64,000 nucleotides of DNA from positions 64,001 through 128,000 of the IMG/VR virus record IMGVR_UViG_3300044846_004119; one strand, written 5' to 3'. The DNA comes from a virus. Under the pieces are notes generated by a model. The model made no database searches, was not told the DNA's origin, and was given only the letters and a program-made list of their open reading frames with translations. Every line of letters starts with the position of its first letter. Position 1 is the first letter of the stretch. Both the position numbers and the translations under genes were made by a program. Below, in pieces: positions 1-10,234 of the stretch.

Positions 1-2
1 AG

Positions 3-395
3 ATTATTCCTATTTGGAGAGCTAAAGGTGATATTACTGACCCTGATAACGGTCGTGACATTATTCTTGAATTAACCAAAGCAAAAACACCTAAAGGTGC
101 CACTTACACAGTTATTCAAACTGTTATGTATGATGACCCAACTCCTGTACACGAAAATAAACAAACCGCGGATTCTTGGATTAATGATGAGTTAACATGG
201 GAAGATGTTTATTCTAAAAAACCTGAAGAATACCTTGAAGCTATTGCTCGTGGAGAAACACCACGTTGGGATTCTGACAAAGGCGGTTTTGTATACGAAA
301 ACAATCTTGAGACAACAACATCTTTTGGTGGTAAAACTGAACCAATCGTTGACCCACAAGCAAATGATGATAGTGACACCGAATTACCTTTCTAA
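3..395 (+). CDS. ssDNA-binding protein (gp32-like), 5' end truncated by the window edge
   Basis: Frame is open from position 3 (IIPIWRAKGDITDPDNGRDIILELTKAK...). Acidic C-terminal tail DDSDTELPF. Lies directly upstream of the RecA/UvsX-like gene. Confidence 0.75.
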   Translation: MIPIWRAKGDITDPDNGRDIILELTKAKTPKGATYTVIQTVMYDDPTPVHENKQTADSWINDELTWEDVYSKKPEEYLEAIARGETPRWDSDKGGFVYENNLETTTSFGGKTEPIVDPQANDDSDTELPF

Positions 396-407
396 TTAAA
401 CTTTAAC

Positions 408-441
408 ATAGACACTTGGTATTACTGAGTGTCTATTTTTT
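408..441 (+). terminator. Intrinsic terminator after SSB
   Basis: ATAGACACT(408-416)...AGTGTCTAT(428-436), stem extended by G-U pairs, followed by a T-run. Confidence 0.75.
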
Positions 442-474
442 ATAGTTCAAAACAATAATTTAATTTAACCTAAC

Positions 475-1458
475 ATGGCAATAAGAAAAAGAGAAATATC
501 TTTGGATACAATCAAAGATAAGTTCTCAACAAAAACAAAATACAAAACAGAAAGTTTTTATAATTGTGGTGAGGCTTTTATGAATGCTTGCGGATTACCT
601 GGACCTGTAATGGGGGGTATTAATATGTTCTTGGGACATTCAAACACCTCAAAAACAACTGCAATGATATTAGCGGCGGCAGATGCTCAGAAAAAAGGAC
701 ATTTACCTGTTCTTATTATAACGGAAAAAAAATGGTCTTGGGAACACGCTATTGAATTGGGATTACAAGCCGAAAAAAATGACCTTGGTGAGTATGATGG
801 TATGTTTATCTTTAATGACTCATTTGATGTTATTGAACAAGCAACTAATTTTATTAATGATATTCTTGATGCTCAAGAGAAAGGGGATATCCCTTATAGT
901 ATATTATTTTTATGGGATTCAATAGGTAGTATTCCTTGTCAGATGACTTTTGATGGTAAAGGTGGTGGAATGCACTCCGCTAAAGTGTTGGCGGATAAAA
1001 TTGGATTGGGAATTCATTCTCGCATCTCAAAATCAAAAAAAGAAGATTATCCGTATTATAATACTTTAGTTATTTTAAACCAACCATGGGTGGAATTAGC
1101 GGATAACCCTTTTGGTCAACCTGAAATTCGTGCCAAAGGTGGGACCGCGGTATGGTTAGCAAGTAGTTTAATATTTTTATTTGGTAATCAGAAAAAAGCG
1201 GGTATTAGTCATATTGACGCAACTAAAAATGGTAGAAAAGTGTCGTTTGCAATTAGAACCAAAATTTCTATTTTGAAAAATCACGTAAATGGTCTCGGTT
1301 ATAAAGATGGTAAAATAGTTGCAGTGCCACAAGGTTATATTGCAGATACAAAAGAATCTTTAGATAACTATAAAAAAGAATATTCAGATTATTGGGAAAC
1401 AAAATTAGGGTATTCTGATTATTCTTTGGATGAATCTGAAGATGACTTTGACGAGTAA
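475..1458 (+). CDS. uvsX: RecA/UvsX-like recombinase
   Basis: P-loop GHSNTSKT, Walker B FLWDSIG, ILNQPW and KGG motifs, replication-module context. Confidence 0.85.
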   Translation: MAIRKREISLDTIKDKFSTKTKYKTESFYNCGEAFMNACGLPGPVMGGINMFLGHSNTSKTTAMILAAADAQKKGHLPVLIITEKKWSWEHAIELGLQAEKNDLGEYDGMFIFNDSFDVIEQATNFINDILDAQEKGDIPYSILFLWDSIGSIPCQMTFDGKGGGMHSAKVLADKIGLGIHSRISKSKKEDYPYYNTLVILNQPWVELADNPFGQPEIRAKGGTAVWLASSLIFLFGNQKKAGISHIDATKNGRKVSFAIRTKISILKNHVNGLGYKDGKIVAVPQGYIADTKESLDNYKKEYSDYWETKLGYSDYSLDESEDDFDE

Positions 1459-1489
1459 AAAATATTTTCAAAATACTTAAAAATTTTAA

Positions 1490-2494
1490 ATGGTCAAAAC
1501 ATTAATTGTTGATGGTAACAATTTATTAAAAATAGGATTTCACGGAGTTAAAGATTTTTACCACAACGGAAAACACATAGGAGGGTTATGGCATTTTATC
1601 AACACAATTAGACGGTTTATTGACGAACAAAATTTTGATAAGGTTGTTGTTATATGGGATGGGGATGATAACTCTTCTACCCGCAAACTTATTTACCCTC
1701 AGTATAAAAAAAAACTACTTATAACCGAAGATTTTAAAGACCAATCTTTTGGAGAACAAAAAGAGAGAGTTAAACAATATTTGGAGGAATGTTATATAAG
1801 ACAAATTGAAGTAGATAATAACGAAGGTGACGATTTGATTGCGTACTACTGCCAAATATCTGAAGACGAAATTAAAACTATTTTTTCGGGAGATAAAGAT
1901 TTGACACAACTTATCTCAGATAAGGTTTCGGTCTATTCCCCAAACTCAAAACAAGTGTATAAAAATGGGGATAAAATAAAGATTCAATTCCATGAATTTC
2001 CGCATCAGAATATTAAAACATATAAAATATTATCGGGTGATAAGTCAGATAATATAGATGGAATTTATTATTTGGGCGAAAAAACTTTAGTTAAATTATT
2101 TCCTGAATTGCTTGACCAAACGGTAACTATTACCGATATTTTAATAAAGGCAGAAACTCTTTTAAAAGAAGATAAAGGTAATAAATCTTTACAAAATTTA
2201 TTATCAGGTAAAACTAAAACAGGAGTATACGGTGAAGAATTTTTTATTATTAATGAAAAAATAATAGATTTATCAAAACCATTAATCACCGATGAAGCAA
2301 AAGAATTAGTTGAACTATATTATCGAGAAAGTTTAGACCCTGATGGGAGAGGGTATAGGAATCTTTTAAAGATGATGATGGAAGACGGGTTCTTTAAATT
2401 CCTACCAAAAGTAGATGATGCTTGGGTTGACTTTGTTCGTCCATACATGAAATTAACAAGAAAAGAAAAAAAAAATTACAAACAAATAAAATAA
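1490..2494 (+). CDS. 5'-3' exonuclease / flap endonuclease (PolA N-terminal, T4 RNase H-like)
   Basis: LIVDGNN, EGDDLIA, SGDKDL, GDKSDNIDG helix-3-turn-helix motifs. Confidence 0.92.
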   Translation: MVKTLIVDGNNLLKIGFHGVKDFYHNGKHIGGLWHFINTIRRFIDEQNFDKVVVIWDGDDNSSTRKLIYPQYKKKLLITEDFKDQSFGEQKERVKQYLEECYIRQIEVDNNEGDDLIAYYCQISEDEIKTIFSGDKDLTQLISDKVSVYSPNSKQVYKNGDKIKIQFHEFPHQNIKTYKILSGDKSDNIDGIYYLGEKTLVKLFPELLDQTVTITDILIKAETLLKEDKGNKSLQNLLSGKTKTGVYGEEFFIINEKIIDLSKPLITDEAKELVELYYRESLDPDGRGYRNLLKMMMEDGFFKFLPKVDDAWVDFVRPYMKLTRKEKKNYKQIK

Positions 2495-2496
2495 AT

Positions 2497-2949
2497 ATGA
2501 AAGAACAAGAATCAACAAAATTAGAATTTTTAATGATGGTAAATGATAATATCATTGTACAAAGATATTTTAATGTTAGAAACTTTAACCCTGACGGTAA
2601 AAACTCATTAGAGTTTTATAACCTGTTGGCTAATTTTAGTTATGATATTAAGTATCAACTAAAAATGAAAACCGCATCATACATGATTGACAATCATTAT
2701 GAAATTATTAACAATCCTACAATATTAGATACATCGTATATTGATGGTCCTGAATATTTTAATGTGTATATTAAGATGGGTGATGTGACAATTTGTCAGA
2801 GACAGTTCGACGCAAAAATATACCCACCTAAGATAAGATACACCGTAGACGTACGCCCACACCTAAAAAATTTACTTATGTCTTTGACTGACATTTTTTC
2901 ATCTGAAAATTTAACACTCGAGTACCTTGGACTTCCTTTAAAAGGGTAA
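2497..2949 (+). CDS. Hypothetical protein
   Basis: 150-aa ORF tightly packed between the exonuclease and helicase genes. Confidence 0.75.
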   Translation: MKEQESTKLEFLMMVNDNIIVQRYFNVRNFNPDGKNSLEFYNLLANFSYDIKYQLKMKTASYMIDNHYEIINNPTILDTSYIDGPEYFNVYIKMGDVTICQRQFDAKIYPPKIRYTVDVRPHLKNLLMSLTDIFSSENLTLEYLGLPLKG

Positions 2950-2957
2950 TATTTATC
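2950..2957 (+). promoter_or_regulatory. Putative phage promoter motif TATTTAT(C)
   Basis: Intergenic copy of the recurring TATTTATN motif, 21 nt upstream of the helicase ATG. Confidence 0.4.
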
Positions 2958-2978
2958 AAATACAACAATGAAAAAACT

Positions 2979-4361
2979 ATGGCGTCAAACAAAAATTTCG
3001 AATATCTAGGTAGCAGTTTTCAGCTACAATTATTAAACCAAATTATTATCGACAAAGACTTTGCGAGGTCTATTCTTGATGTAATTGAAACAAATTACTT
3101 TGAAAACAAATACTTCAAAATAATTATTCAGATGGTTAAAGAATATTACACAAAGTATGAACATGCACCAGCATTTGACACTTTAGAACAAATCACCAAA
3201 TCTGAATTACAACAGGAACTAGCGTCAAAAATTGTTATTGATACTATTAATAAAATCAAAGAAGCTCCACTTGAGGGTGGGGAATTTGTTCAGGAAAAAG
3301 CTATGAAATTCTGTAAACAACAAGAATTACAGAAAGTAATGAACAAAGCTCAAAAAATCATCGATGGAGGTGAATTTGAAAACTATGATAAAGTAGAACA
3401 ATTAGTGAGGAACGCTTTACAAGTTGGGGAAAGAGAAGATGGACAATCTGATGTATTTTTCAATTTAAGTGAGGTTTTAAATGAGGATTATCGTCATCCA
3501 ATACCAATGGGTATCCCAGGTATTGATAGACTCTTAAAAGGAGGTTTGGCTAAAGGAGAAATCGGTGTAGTGTTAGCTCCTACTGGGGTTGGTAAATCAA
3601 CACTACTAACAAAAGTTGCAAATCACGCTTTTAATTTAGGGTATAACGTATTACAAATCTTCTTTGAAGATAACCCAAAGATTATTCAAAGAAAACATAT
3701 TACTTTATGGACAAAGGTTCATCCTGATGAATTGTCCTTAAAGAAAGAGGAAGTTATGATTAAAGTACAAGAGGTAAAAGATACAATGACCAATAAATTA
3801 ATCTTAAAAAAACTTCCATCTGATACCGTAACTATGTTACAAATTAAAAATCAAATTAGAAAAATGATTGCCGATGGAGTAAGAGTTGATATGGTATTAT
3901 TAGATTATATTGACTGTGTTGTTCCTGATAGGAATTTAAGTGATGAATGGAAATCTGAAGGTTCGGTTATGAGAGCATTTGAATCAATGTGTCACGAGTT
4001 GGATTTAGTTGGATGGACCGCAACTCAAGGTAACAGAAGTTCAATTTCGTCTGATGTAGTAACTACCGACCAAATGGGTGGTTCTATTAAAAAAGCACAA
4101 GTTGGACACGTAATCATTACCGTGGCAAAATCCCTACAACAAAAAGAAATGAAACTAGCAACAATAGCAATTACTAAATCTCGTATTGGTGATGATGGGG
4201 TTGTGTTTGAAAATTGTAAATTTGATAATGGAATGTTAGAGATTGATACCGAAAGTTCGGTTACATTCTTAGGACTAGAGGGACAACAAGAAGAGAGAAA
4301 CCGTCAACGAGTTAAAGACTTGTTAGACAAAAGAAAAGAAAAACAACAAACACAAAACTAA
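2979..4361 (+). CDS. dnaB: Replicative DnaB-like helicase (gp41-like)
   Basis: Walker A APTGVGKS, Walker [16 protein letters not shown], arginine-finger region KSR. Confidence 0.92.
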   Translation: MASNKNFEYLGSSFQLQLLNQIIIDKDFARSILDVIETNYFENKYFKIIIQMVKEYYTKYEHAPAFDTLEQITKSELQQELASKIVIDTINKIKEAPLEGGEFVQEKAMKFCKQQELQKVMNKAQKIIDGGEFENYDKVEQLVRNALQVGEREDGQSDVFFNLSEVLNEDYRHPIPMGIPGIDRLLKGGLAKGEIGVVLAPTGVGKSTLLTKVANHAFNLGYNVLQIFFEDNPKIIQRKHITLWTKVHPDELSLKKEEVMIKVQEVKDTMTNKLILKKLPSDTVTMLQIKNQIRKMIADGVRVDMVLLDYIDCVVPDRNLSDEWKSEGSVMRAFESMCHELDLVGWTATQGNRSSISSDVVTTDQMGGSIKKAQVGHVIITVAKSLQQKEMKLATIAITKSRIGDDGVVFENCKFDNGMLEIDTESSVTFLGLEGQQEERNRQRVKDLLDKRKEKQQTQN

Positions 4362-4369
4362 AAAAAAAC

Positions 4370-5317
4370 ATGGAAAAAATTTTAATAGAGAATCCAAATA
4401 GATTCGTTATTTTCCCAATCGAGCACAATGATATTTGGGAATATTACAAACAACATCAAGCGGCTTTCTGGACTGCGGAAGAGGTTGATTTATCAAATGA
4501 TATTAGAGATTGGGAAAACTTATCAGATAATGAGAGATTTTTCGTAAAAAACGTCTTATCATTCTTTGCGGCATCCGATGGTATTGTTAATGAAAATTTA
4601 GCAGAAAACTTCTTAAAAGAAGTCCAATACCCTGAAGCAAAATTCTTTTACGGATTTCAGTTAATGGCAGAAAATATTCACTCTTTAATGTATTCATTAC
4701 TTATTGATACCTATGTGTCAAACCCACAAGAAAAAGATGAATGCTTTCACGCTATTGATAGATTACCTGCGGTACAAAAAAAGGCAAAATGGGCTTTAAA
4801 TTGGATAGAGAACTCAACATTTGAAGAAAGATTAATTGCTTTTGCGGCGGTTGAAGGTATCTTTTTTTCAGGTTCGTTCTGTGCTATTTTTTGGTTAAAG
4901 TCTCGAGGTATTTTACAAGGACTATGTAATGCAAACACTTTGATTTTCAAAGATGAGAACTTACACTGTGACTTTGCAATTCATTTATTAAATAATCACA
5001 TTGAAAACAAACCAAGTGAGAAAAGAATTAGAGAAATTTTATTATCCGCATTAGAGATTGAGAAAGAATTCATTATTGAGTCATTACCAATATCTTTAAT
5101 TGGGATGAATTCAAATTTAATGAAACAATATCTTGAATTTGTTACTGATGGTTTATTACTTAAACTTGGATGTAAAAAAGAATTTAATGTGGACCAACCA
5201 TTTAAATTTATGGAACAAATTGCGGTAGAAACAAAAGGTAATTTTTTTGAATCAAGGACTATGGAATACCAAAAAGCTAAATTGAACGAAACATTGTCAT
5301 TTACGGATGATTTTTAA
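4370..5317 (+). CDS. nrdB: Ribonucleotide reductase class Ia beta subunit
   Basis: [45 protein letters not shown] metal/tyrosyl-radical motifs. Confidence 0.97.
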   Translation: MEKILIENPNRFVIFPIEHNDIWEYYKQHQAAFWTAEEVDLSNDIRDWENLSDNERFFVKNVLSFFAASDGIVNENLAENFLKEVQYPEAKFFYGFQLMAENIHSLMYSLLIDTYVSNPQEKDECFHAIDRLPAVQKKAKWALNWIENSTFEERLIAFAAVEGIFFSGSFCAIFWLKSRGILQGLCNANTLIFKDENLHCDFAIHLLNNHIENKPSEKRIREILLSALEIEKEFIIESLPISLIGMNSNLMKQYLEFVTDGLLLKLGCKKEFNVDQPFKFMEQIAVETKGNFFESRTMEYQKAKLNETLSFTDDF

Positions 5318-5327
5318 ATAAAAATAT

Positions 5328-7760
5328 ATGATGTCATTAAAAATTAAAAAAAGAGGGGGCGATGAGGTGTCCTTTAATCCTCAGAAAATTTATCAGAGAG
5401 TTAAGAAAGCCGCTAAAGGGTTAAATGTTAATTCTGATGAAATTTTTATTAAAGTTATTACTTCGGTACCTACCGAGGGTAGTATAACAACAAAAGAGTT
5501 AGATAAGTTAGTGTACGAAATTGCGGCGGCATATACTGGTAGTCATCACGATTATTCAAGATTAGCTTCATCAGTTGCAATATCTTCATATCACAAAGAA
5601 ACTAATCATAGTTTTAGTGAAACAATGACAGAATTGTACAATAATGGTATTGTTAATGAGATATTAATGAAAACTATTGAAAAATATGGTTCAGAAAATA
5701 TTGATAAAATAATTAATCATGAGAATGATTATAATTTTGATTATTTTGCTTGGCGCTCATTACAAGAAATGTATTTGTTAAAGTTATCTAGTGGTAAGGT
5801 TATTGAAAGACCACAACACATGTATATGAGAGTTGCCTTATGGGTGACTAAAACATTTGAAGAGGCAGTTGAATATTACAATTCATTATCAAATCAATTG
5901 ATTTCACCAGCAACACCTATCATGATTAATGCGGGGACAAAGACACCTCAGTTAGCGTCATGTGTATTACATTACAATAATTCCGATTCCCGCAAAGGTT
6001 TATTAGGGACATTGAGTGACATTTCAACGTACTCCTCTGACGCGGCAGGTATCGGACTTTCAATGTCAAATATTAGAAGTAAAGAAAGTAGAATTTCAAG
6101 TTCAGGAGGATTTGCGGGTGGACTTTTAAAATATTTAAAAATAGTTAATGAGTCACTTAGATTCTTTAACCAACAAGGTCGTAGACCAGGTAGTGCTGCT
6201 ATCTATATTGAACCTTGGCATAAAGATATTATTGATTTATTAGAGATTAAGAAAAATACAGGTTCGGAAGAAATGAGAGCTCGTGATTTATTTACCGCAC
6301 TTTGGATTCCTGATAATTTCATGCGAGCGGTTGAAAATAATGATGATTGGTATTTATTCTGCCCTAACGACATTATCTCAAATAATATTAAACCATTACA
6401 AGAGTGTTATGGAAATGAGTACGAAGAAAATTATAAATTAGCTGTCAGTAAAGGTCTTGGTAAAAAAGTTAAGGCTCAAGATATTTGGAATAAAATTATT
6501 GAATCTCAGATTGAAACTGGAGTCCCTTATTTATGTTCTAAAGATAATGCGAATAAGAAAACAAATCACCAAAATATTGGTGTGATTAAACAATCTAATT
6601 TGTGTAACGAGATTTATCAATTTACTGATGAGAATACTACCGCAATTTGTACCTTGTCTTCTATGGTTTTAAAGAACTTTATTATTGACGGTAAATTTGA
6701 CTTTAGATTATTATACAGTGAGGTTAGAAAAGTTGTTAGAGCTTTAAATAAAGTTGTTGATATTAATAGCTACTCTACTGAAAAAGGACGTAAAGGTGGT
6801 CTTGAACAAAGAGCAATTGCGATTGGAACTCAAGGTCTTGCGGATGTCTTTTATCTAATGGATTATATTTTTACTTCTGAAGAAGCAAAGTCATTGAATA
6901 AAGATATTTTTGAAACTATCTATTATGCGGCTATCAGCGAAAGTAATGAATTATGTAGAACTGAAGAATACCAACCATACAAATTCTTTGAGGGGTCACC
7001 AATGTCTAAAGGAGAATTCCAATTTGATATGTGGGGATTAAAAAAAGAAGGTTTATCGGGTTATTGGGATTGGGACACGTTAAAAGAAGACGTTAAAAAA
7101 TATGGGGTATGTAACTCTTTATTTACGGCACAAATGCCTGTTGCGTCTTCAGCTAAAATCACTGGGTCTTTTGAAATGACAGAACCGGCTCACTCAGCTT
7201 TGTTTAATAGACGTGTTGTTGGTGGAGAAATTTTGATTGTAAATAAATATTTAATCAATGATTTTGAAAAAATTGGTATTTGGTCTGAGGATTTAAAAAA
7301 TGAAATAATTATGAATGAAGGTTCAGTTCAAGGGATTAACTTTAACCATTATTTAGACCCTGAAGACAAAAATTACAATAAAAAAGTTAAACGTATTGAA
7401 CATCTACTTCCTAAGTACAAAACTATATGGGAAATTTCCCAAAGAGATTTGATTGATATGGCTGCGGATAGAGGTCCTTTTATTGACCAATCACAATCAA
7501 TGAATATCTACATGTCAGCACCAACATTACCTAAAATTTCGTCGGCACATTTTCATGGATGGAGACAAGGATTAAAAACTCTTTGTTATTATGTTAGAAC
7601 TAAGGCGATTTCTACAGGAGCAAAACATTTAGCTATGGACATCTCTAAAGTTGAAAAACCAAAGATTGAAAAACAAATACCAAAATTGGATGTTATACCT
7701 TTTGACCCAACAATTAAACCAAAGGATTCAGAATTTGAATGTTTTGGATGTGGGTCTTAA
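5328..7760 (+). CDS. nrdA: Ribonucleotide reductase class Ia alpha subunit with ATP cone
   Basis: N-terminal ATP cone (IKKRGG...KI), SPATP, LASC, SNLCNEI, AQMPVASS, DQSQSMN, LKTLCYY, C-terminal CFGC. No intron or intein seen. Confidence 0.97.
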   Translation: MMSLKIKKRGGDEVSFNPQKIYQRVKKAAKGLNVNSDEIFIKVITSVPTEGSITTKELDKLVYEIAAAYTGSHHDYSRLASSVAISSYHKETNHSFSETMTELYNNGIVNEILMKTIEKYGSENIDKIINHENDYNFDYFAWRSLQEMYLLKLSSGKVIERPQHMYMRVALWVTKTFEEAVEYYNSLSNQLISPATPIMINAGTKTPQLASCVLHYNNSDSRKGLLGTLSDISTYSSDAAGIGLSMSNIRSKESRISSSGGFAGGLLKYLKIVNESLRFFNQQGRRPGSAAIYIEPWHKDIIDLLEIKKNTGSEEMRARDLFTALWIPDNFMRAVENNDDWYLFCPNDIISNNIKPLQECYGNEYEENYKLAVSKGLGKKVKAQDIWNKIIESQIETGVPYLCSKDNANKKTNHQNIGVIKQSNLCNEIYQFTDENTTAICTLSSMVLKNFIIDGKFDFRLLYSEVRKVVRALNKVVDINSYSTEKGRKGGLEQRAIAIGTQGLADVFYLMDYIFTSEEAKSLNKDIFETIYYAAISESNELCRTEEYQPYKFFEGSPMSKGEFQFDMWGLKKEGLSGYWDWDTLKEDVKKYGVCNSLFTAQMPVASSAKITGSFEMTEPAHSALFNRRVVGGEILIVNKYLINDFEKIGIWSEDLKNEIIMNEGSVQGINFNHYLDPEDKNYNKKVKRIEHLLPKYKTIWEISQRDLIDMAADRGPFIDQSQSMNIYMSAPTLPKISSAHFHGWRQGLKTLCYYVRTKAISTGAKHLAMDISKVEKPKIEKQIPKLDVIPFDPTIKPKDSEFECFGCGS

Positions 7761-7784
7761 TATAAAATAGAAAATTACAACATT

Positions 7785-7812
7785 AATCACGGCAAACTGT
7801 CGTGATTTTTTA
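7785..7812 (+). terminator. Intrinsic terminator after nrdA
   Basis: AATCACGGCA-AAC-TGTCGTGATT followed by Ts. Confidence 0.7.
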
Positions 7813-7820
7813 TTTTACTC

Positions 7821-7855
7821 TATTTATAAGAAATAATCACGACACTATATTTATT
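7821..7855 (+). promoter_or_regulatory. Two putative late-promoter motifs (TATTTATA 7821-7828, TATTTATT 7848-7855)
   Basis: Located at the start of the structural gene block; same motif recurs before other structural genes. Confidence 0.55.
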
Positions 7856-7858
7856 GAT

Positions 7859-8317
7859 ATGGCAAATGGAACTACATATGGGATTAATTTTCCTTTTAGA
7901 GATTCTTATGATGGTAAGTATTTAGACCTTTCTGAGGTAAATGATGAAGAAATCAGAACTGATTTAATTCATCTTTTATTGACTAGAAAAGGTACTCGAT
8001 ATTATTTACCTGATTTTGGTACAAGACTATATGAGTTTATATTTGAACCTTTAGATGGACCTACGTTTTCAGAAATTGAAGCGGAGATTAGAGCCTCTGT
8101 TGAAGAGTATATTCCAGGAATAACAATTACTAAGATTGACATAAGTGCGGCTTCCGAAGGGGAGGAAAATAAAGGTACTTATATAAACGACAACGACGAA
8201 AGAGTTTACCGAGTTTCTGATATTGGAACTTTAGAACATACTGCAAGAGTTAAAATTGATTACATCATTACTAATGATGCTTTTAACAATTCAGATTTTG
8301 TAATTATAAATATTTAA
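7859..8317 (+). CDS. Baseplate gp25-like (GPW/gp25 family) protein
   Basis: DLIHLLLTRKGTRYYLPDFGTRLYEFIFEP signature. ATG at 7859 preferred over the GTG at 7802, which lies inside the terminator. Confidence 0.9.
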   Translation: MANGTTYGINFPFRDSYDGKYLDLSEVNDEEIRTDLIHLLLTRKGTRYYLPDFGTRLYEFIFEPLDGPTFSEIEAEIRASVEEYIPGITITKIDISAASEGEENKGTYINDNDERVYRVSDIGTLEHTARVKIDYIITNDAFNNSDFVIINI

Positions 8318-8323
8318 TGATAT

Positions 8324-10162
8324 ATGGCTAACAAGAAAATATCATACACAACTAGAGACTTCCAATCAATTAGAACTGAGTTAATAAATTTTACAAGAAC
8401 TTATTATCCTGACACTATTGATAACTTTAACGACGCCTCAGTTTTTTCAGTATTGTTGGACTTAAACGCAGCTGTAACTGACAACTTACAATTTAACATT
8501 GATAGAAGTGTTCAGGAAACTGTATTACAATATGCACAACAAAGGTCATCAATTTTTAATATTGCAAGAACTTACGGATTAAAAGTTCCTGGACTTAGAC
8601 CGTCAGTCTCATTAGTTGACTTTTCAATTACGGTACCCGCATTTGGGGATAAGGAAGATTTAAGATACTGTGGTATCTTAAGAAGAGGTTCCCAAGCTAA
8701 TGGTGCTGGTCAAGTTTTTGAAACAATTTACGATATTGACTTTACATCAGCAATAAACGCCGAAGGTTATCCTAATAGATTAAAAATACCTAATTTTGAT
8801 TCTAATAATAAATTAATTAATTATACCATTGTTAAAAGAGAAACTGTTGTTAATGGTATTACAAAAGTTTTTAAAAGAGTTATAACATCGTCTGATGTTA
8901 AACCATTTTTAGAAATATTTTTACCTGAAAAAAATGTATTAGGGGTTACAAGTGTTTTATTAAAAGATGGTACGCAATACGCTAATATTCCTACTACCCA
9001 AGAATTTTTAGGTTCCAACAATAGATGGTATGAAGTTAAAGCGTTAGTTGAAGATAGAGTATTTATTGAAGACCCAACAAAAGTTTCTGATAATCCGGGA
9101 ATTAAAGTGGGTAAGTACGTCCAAACAAATGATAAATTTATTACTGAGTACACACCTGAAGGATTTTTTAAAATGACATATGGTGGTGGTAGTCAATCTG
9201 CGGATGAACAATTAAGGGAGTTTGCAAAAAATGGGTTCACATTAGATTTAAATAAATATTCAAATAACTTTGCTTTAGGTAGTGTTCTTAAAGCTAATAG
9301 TACATTATTTGTACAATACCGAGTTGGTGGTGGAACAGGAACTAATTTAGGTGTTAATATTATTAATCAAATAGGCACAGTTTCATTCTTTGTTAATGGT
9401 CCATCAGAATCAGTTAATACAAGTGTTGTTAATTCATTACGTTGTACTAACGTTGTTGCCGCAATTGGTGGGGCAAATTACCCAACAACAGAAGAAGTTA
9501 GAAACTTAGTGGCTTTTAACTTTGCGGCTCAAAATAGAGCAGTAACGGTTAATGACTACGATTCTATAATTAGAACAATGCCGTCACAATTTGGGGCACC
9601 TGCTAAAGTTGCGATTACCGAAGAAAATAATAAAATTAAAATTCAGATGTTATCTTATGACGAATCTGGTAATTTAACTGAAATTGTGTCAAACACATTA
9701 AAAAATAACGTTGCTAACTACCTATCAAACTATAGAATGATTAATGATTACATTTCTATTCAAAGTGCTAATGTTGTTGATTTAGGTGTTACTATTGATG
9801 TGGTGTTAGATAATAGTCAAAACCAAGGGGCGGTTATTTCTCAAATAATTACTATTGTATCTGAGTTCTTTAGTCCTGGTAACAGACAGATGGGGGAAAA
9901 TGTGTATGTGTCCGACCTTAGAAGATTAGTCCAAAGTGAAAACGGGGTTATTGCGGTTTCAGATATGTTATTCTTTAACAAGGTTGGTGGTCAATATTCT
10001 TCATCACAAACATCACAATCTTATATAGACACTAATACGAAACAGATTGGTTTAGTTGACGATACTATTTTTGCTGAACCAAGTCAGACCTATCAAATCC
10101 GATATCCCAACAAAGATATCAACATCAGAGTCAAAAATCTAAAAACGGTTAATTTTTCTTGA
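8324..10162 (+). CDS. Baseplate wedge protein (gp6 / baseplate J-like)
   Basis: YTTRDFQSIRTEL, LQYAQQRSSIFNIARTYG, YRVGGG, QNRAVTVNDY motifs; follows gp25. Confidence 0.88.
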   Translation: MANKKISYTTRDFQSIRTELINFTRTYYPDTIDNFNDASVFSVLLDLNAAVTDNLQFNIDRSVQETVLQYAQQRSSIFNIARTYGLKVPGLRPSVSLVDFSITVPAFGDKEDLRYCGILRRGSQANGAGQVFETIYDIDFTSAINAEGYPNRLKIPNFDSNNKLINYTIVKRETVVNGITKVFKRVITSSDVKPFLEIFLPEKNVLGVTSVLLKDGTQYANIPTTQEFLGSNNRWYEVKALVEDRVFIEDPTKVSDNPGIKVGKYVQTNDKFITEYTPEGFFKMTYGGGSQSADEQLREFAKNGFTLDLNKYSNNFALGSVLKANSTLFVQYRVGGGTGTNLGVNIINQIGTVSFFVNGPSESVNTSVVNSLRCTNVVAAIGGANYPTTEEVRNLVAFNFAAQNRAVTVNDYDSIIRTMPSQFGAPAKVAITEENNKIKIQMLSYDESGNLTEIVSNTLKNNVANYLSNYRMINDYISIQSANVVDLGVTIDVVLDNSQNQGAVISQIITIVSEFFSPGNRQMGENVYVSDLRRLVQSENGVIAVSDMLFFNKVGGQYSSSQTSQSYIDTNTKQIGLVDDTIFAEPSQTYQIRYPNKDINIRVKNLKTVNFS

Positions 10163-10212
10163 TAATTTATTTTCAAAATAAATGAATTATCATTTGAAAA
10201 TAGTATATAAAC

Positions 10213-10220
10213 TATTTATC
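10213..10220 (+). promoter_or_regulatory. Putative late-promoter motif TATTTATC
   Basis: Intergenic, 14 nt upstream of the ATG at 10235. Confidence 0.5.
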
Positions 10221-10234
10221 AAAAAAAGACCAAT

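Noticed and set aside
4370-7760. Introns or inteins in nrdA, nrdB or the helicase
   Set aside because: Genes are uninterrupted, of normal length, with no intein or homing-endonuclease motifs
10168-10202. Inverted repeat TATTTTCAAA...TTTGAAAATA before the 1828-aa gene
   Set aside because: Almost all A/T, so plausible by chance; not called as a terminator
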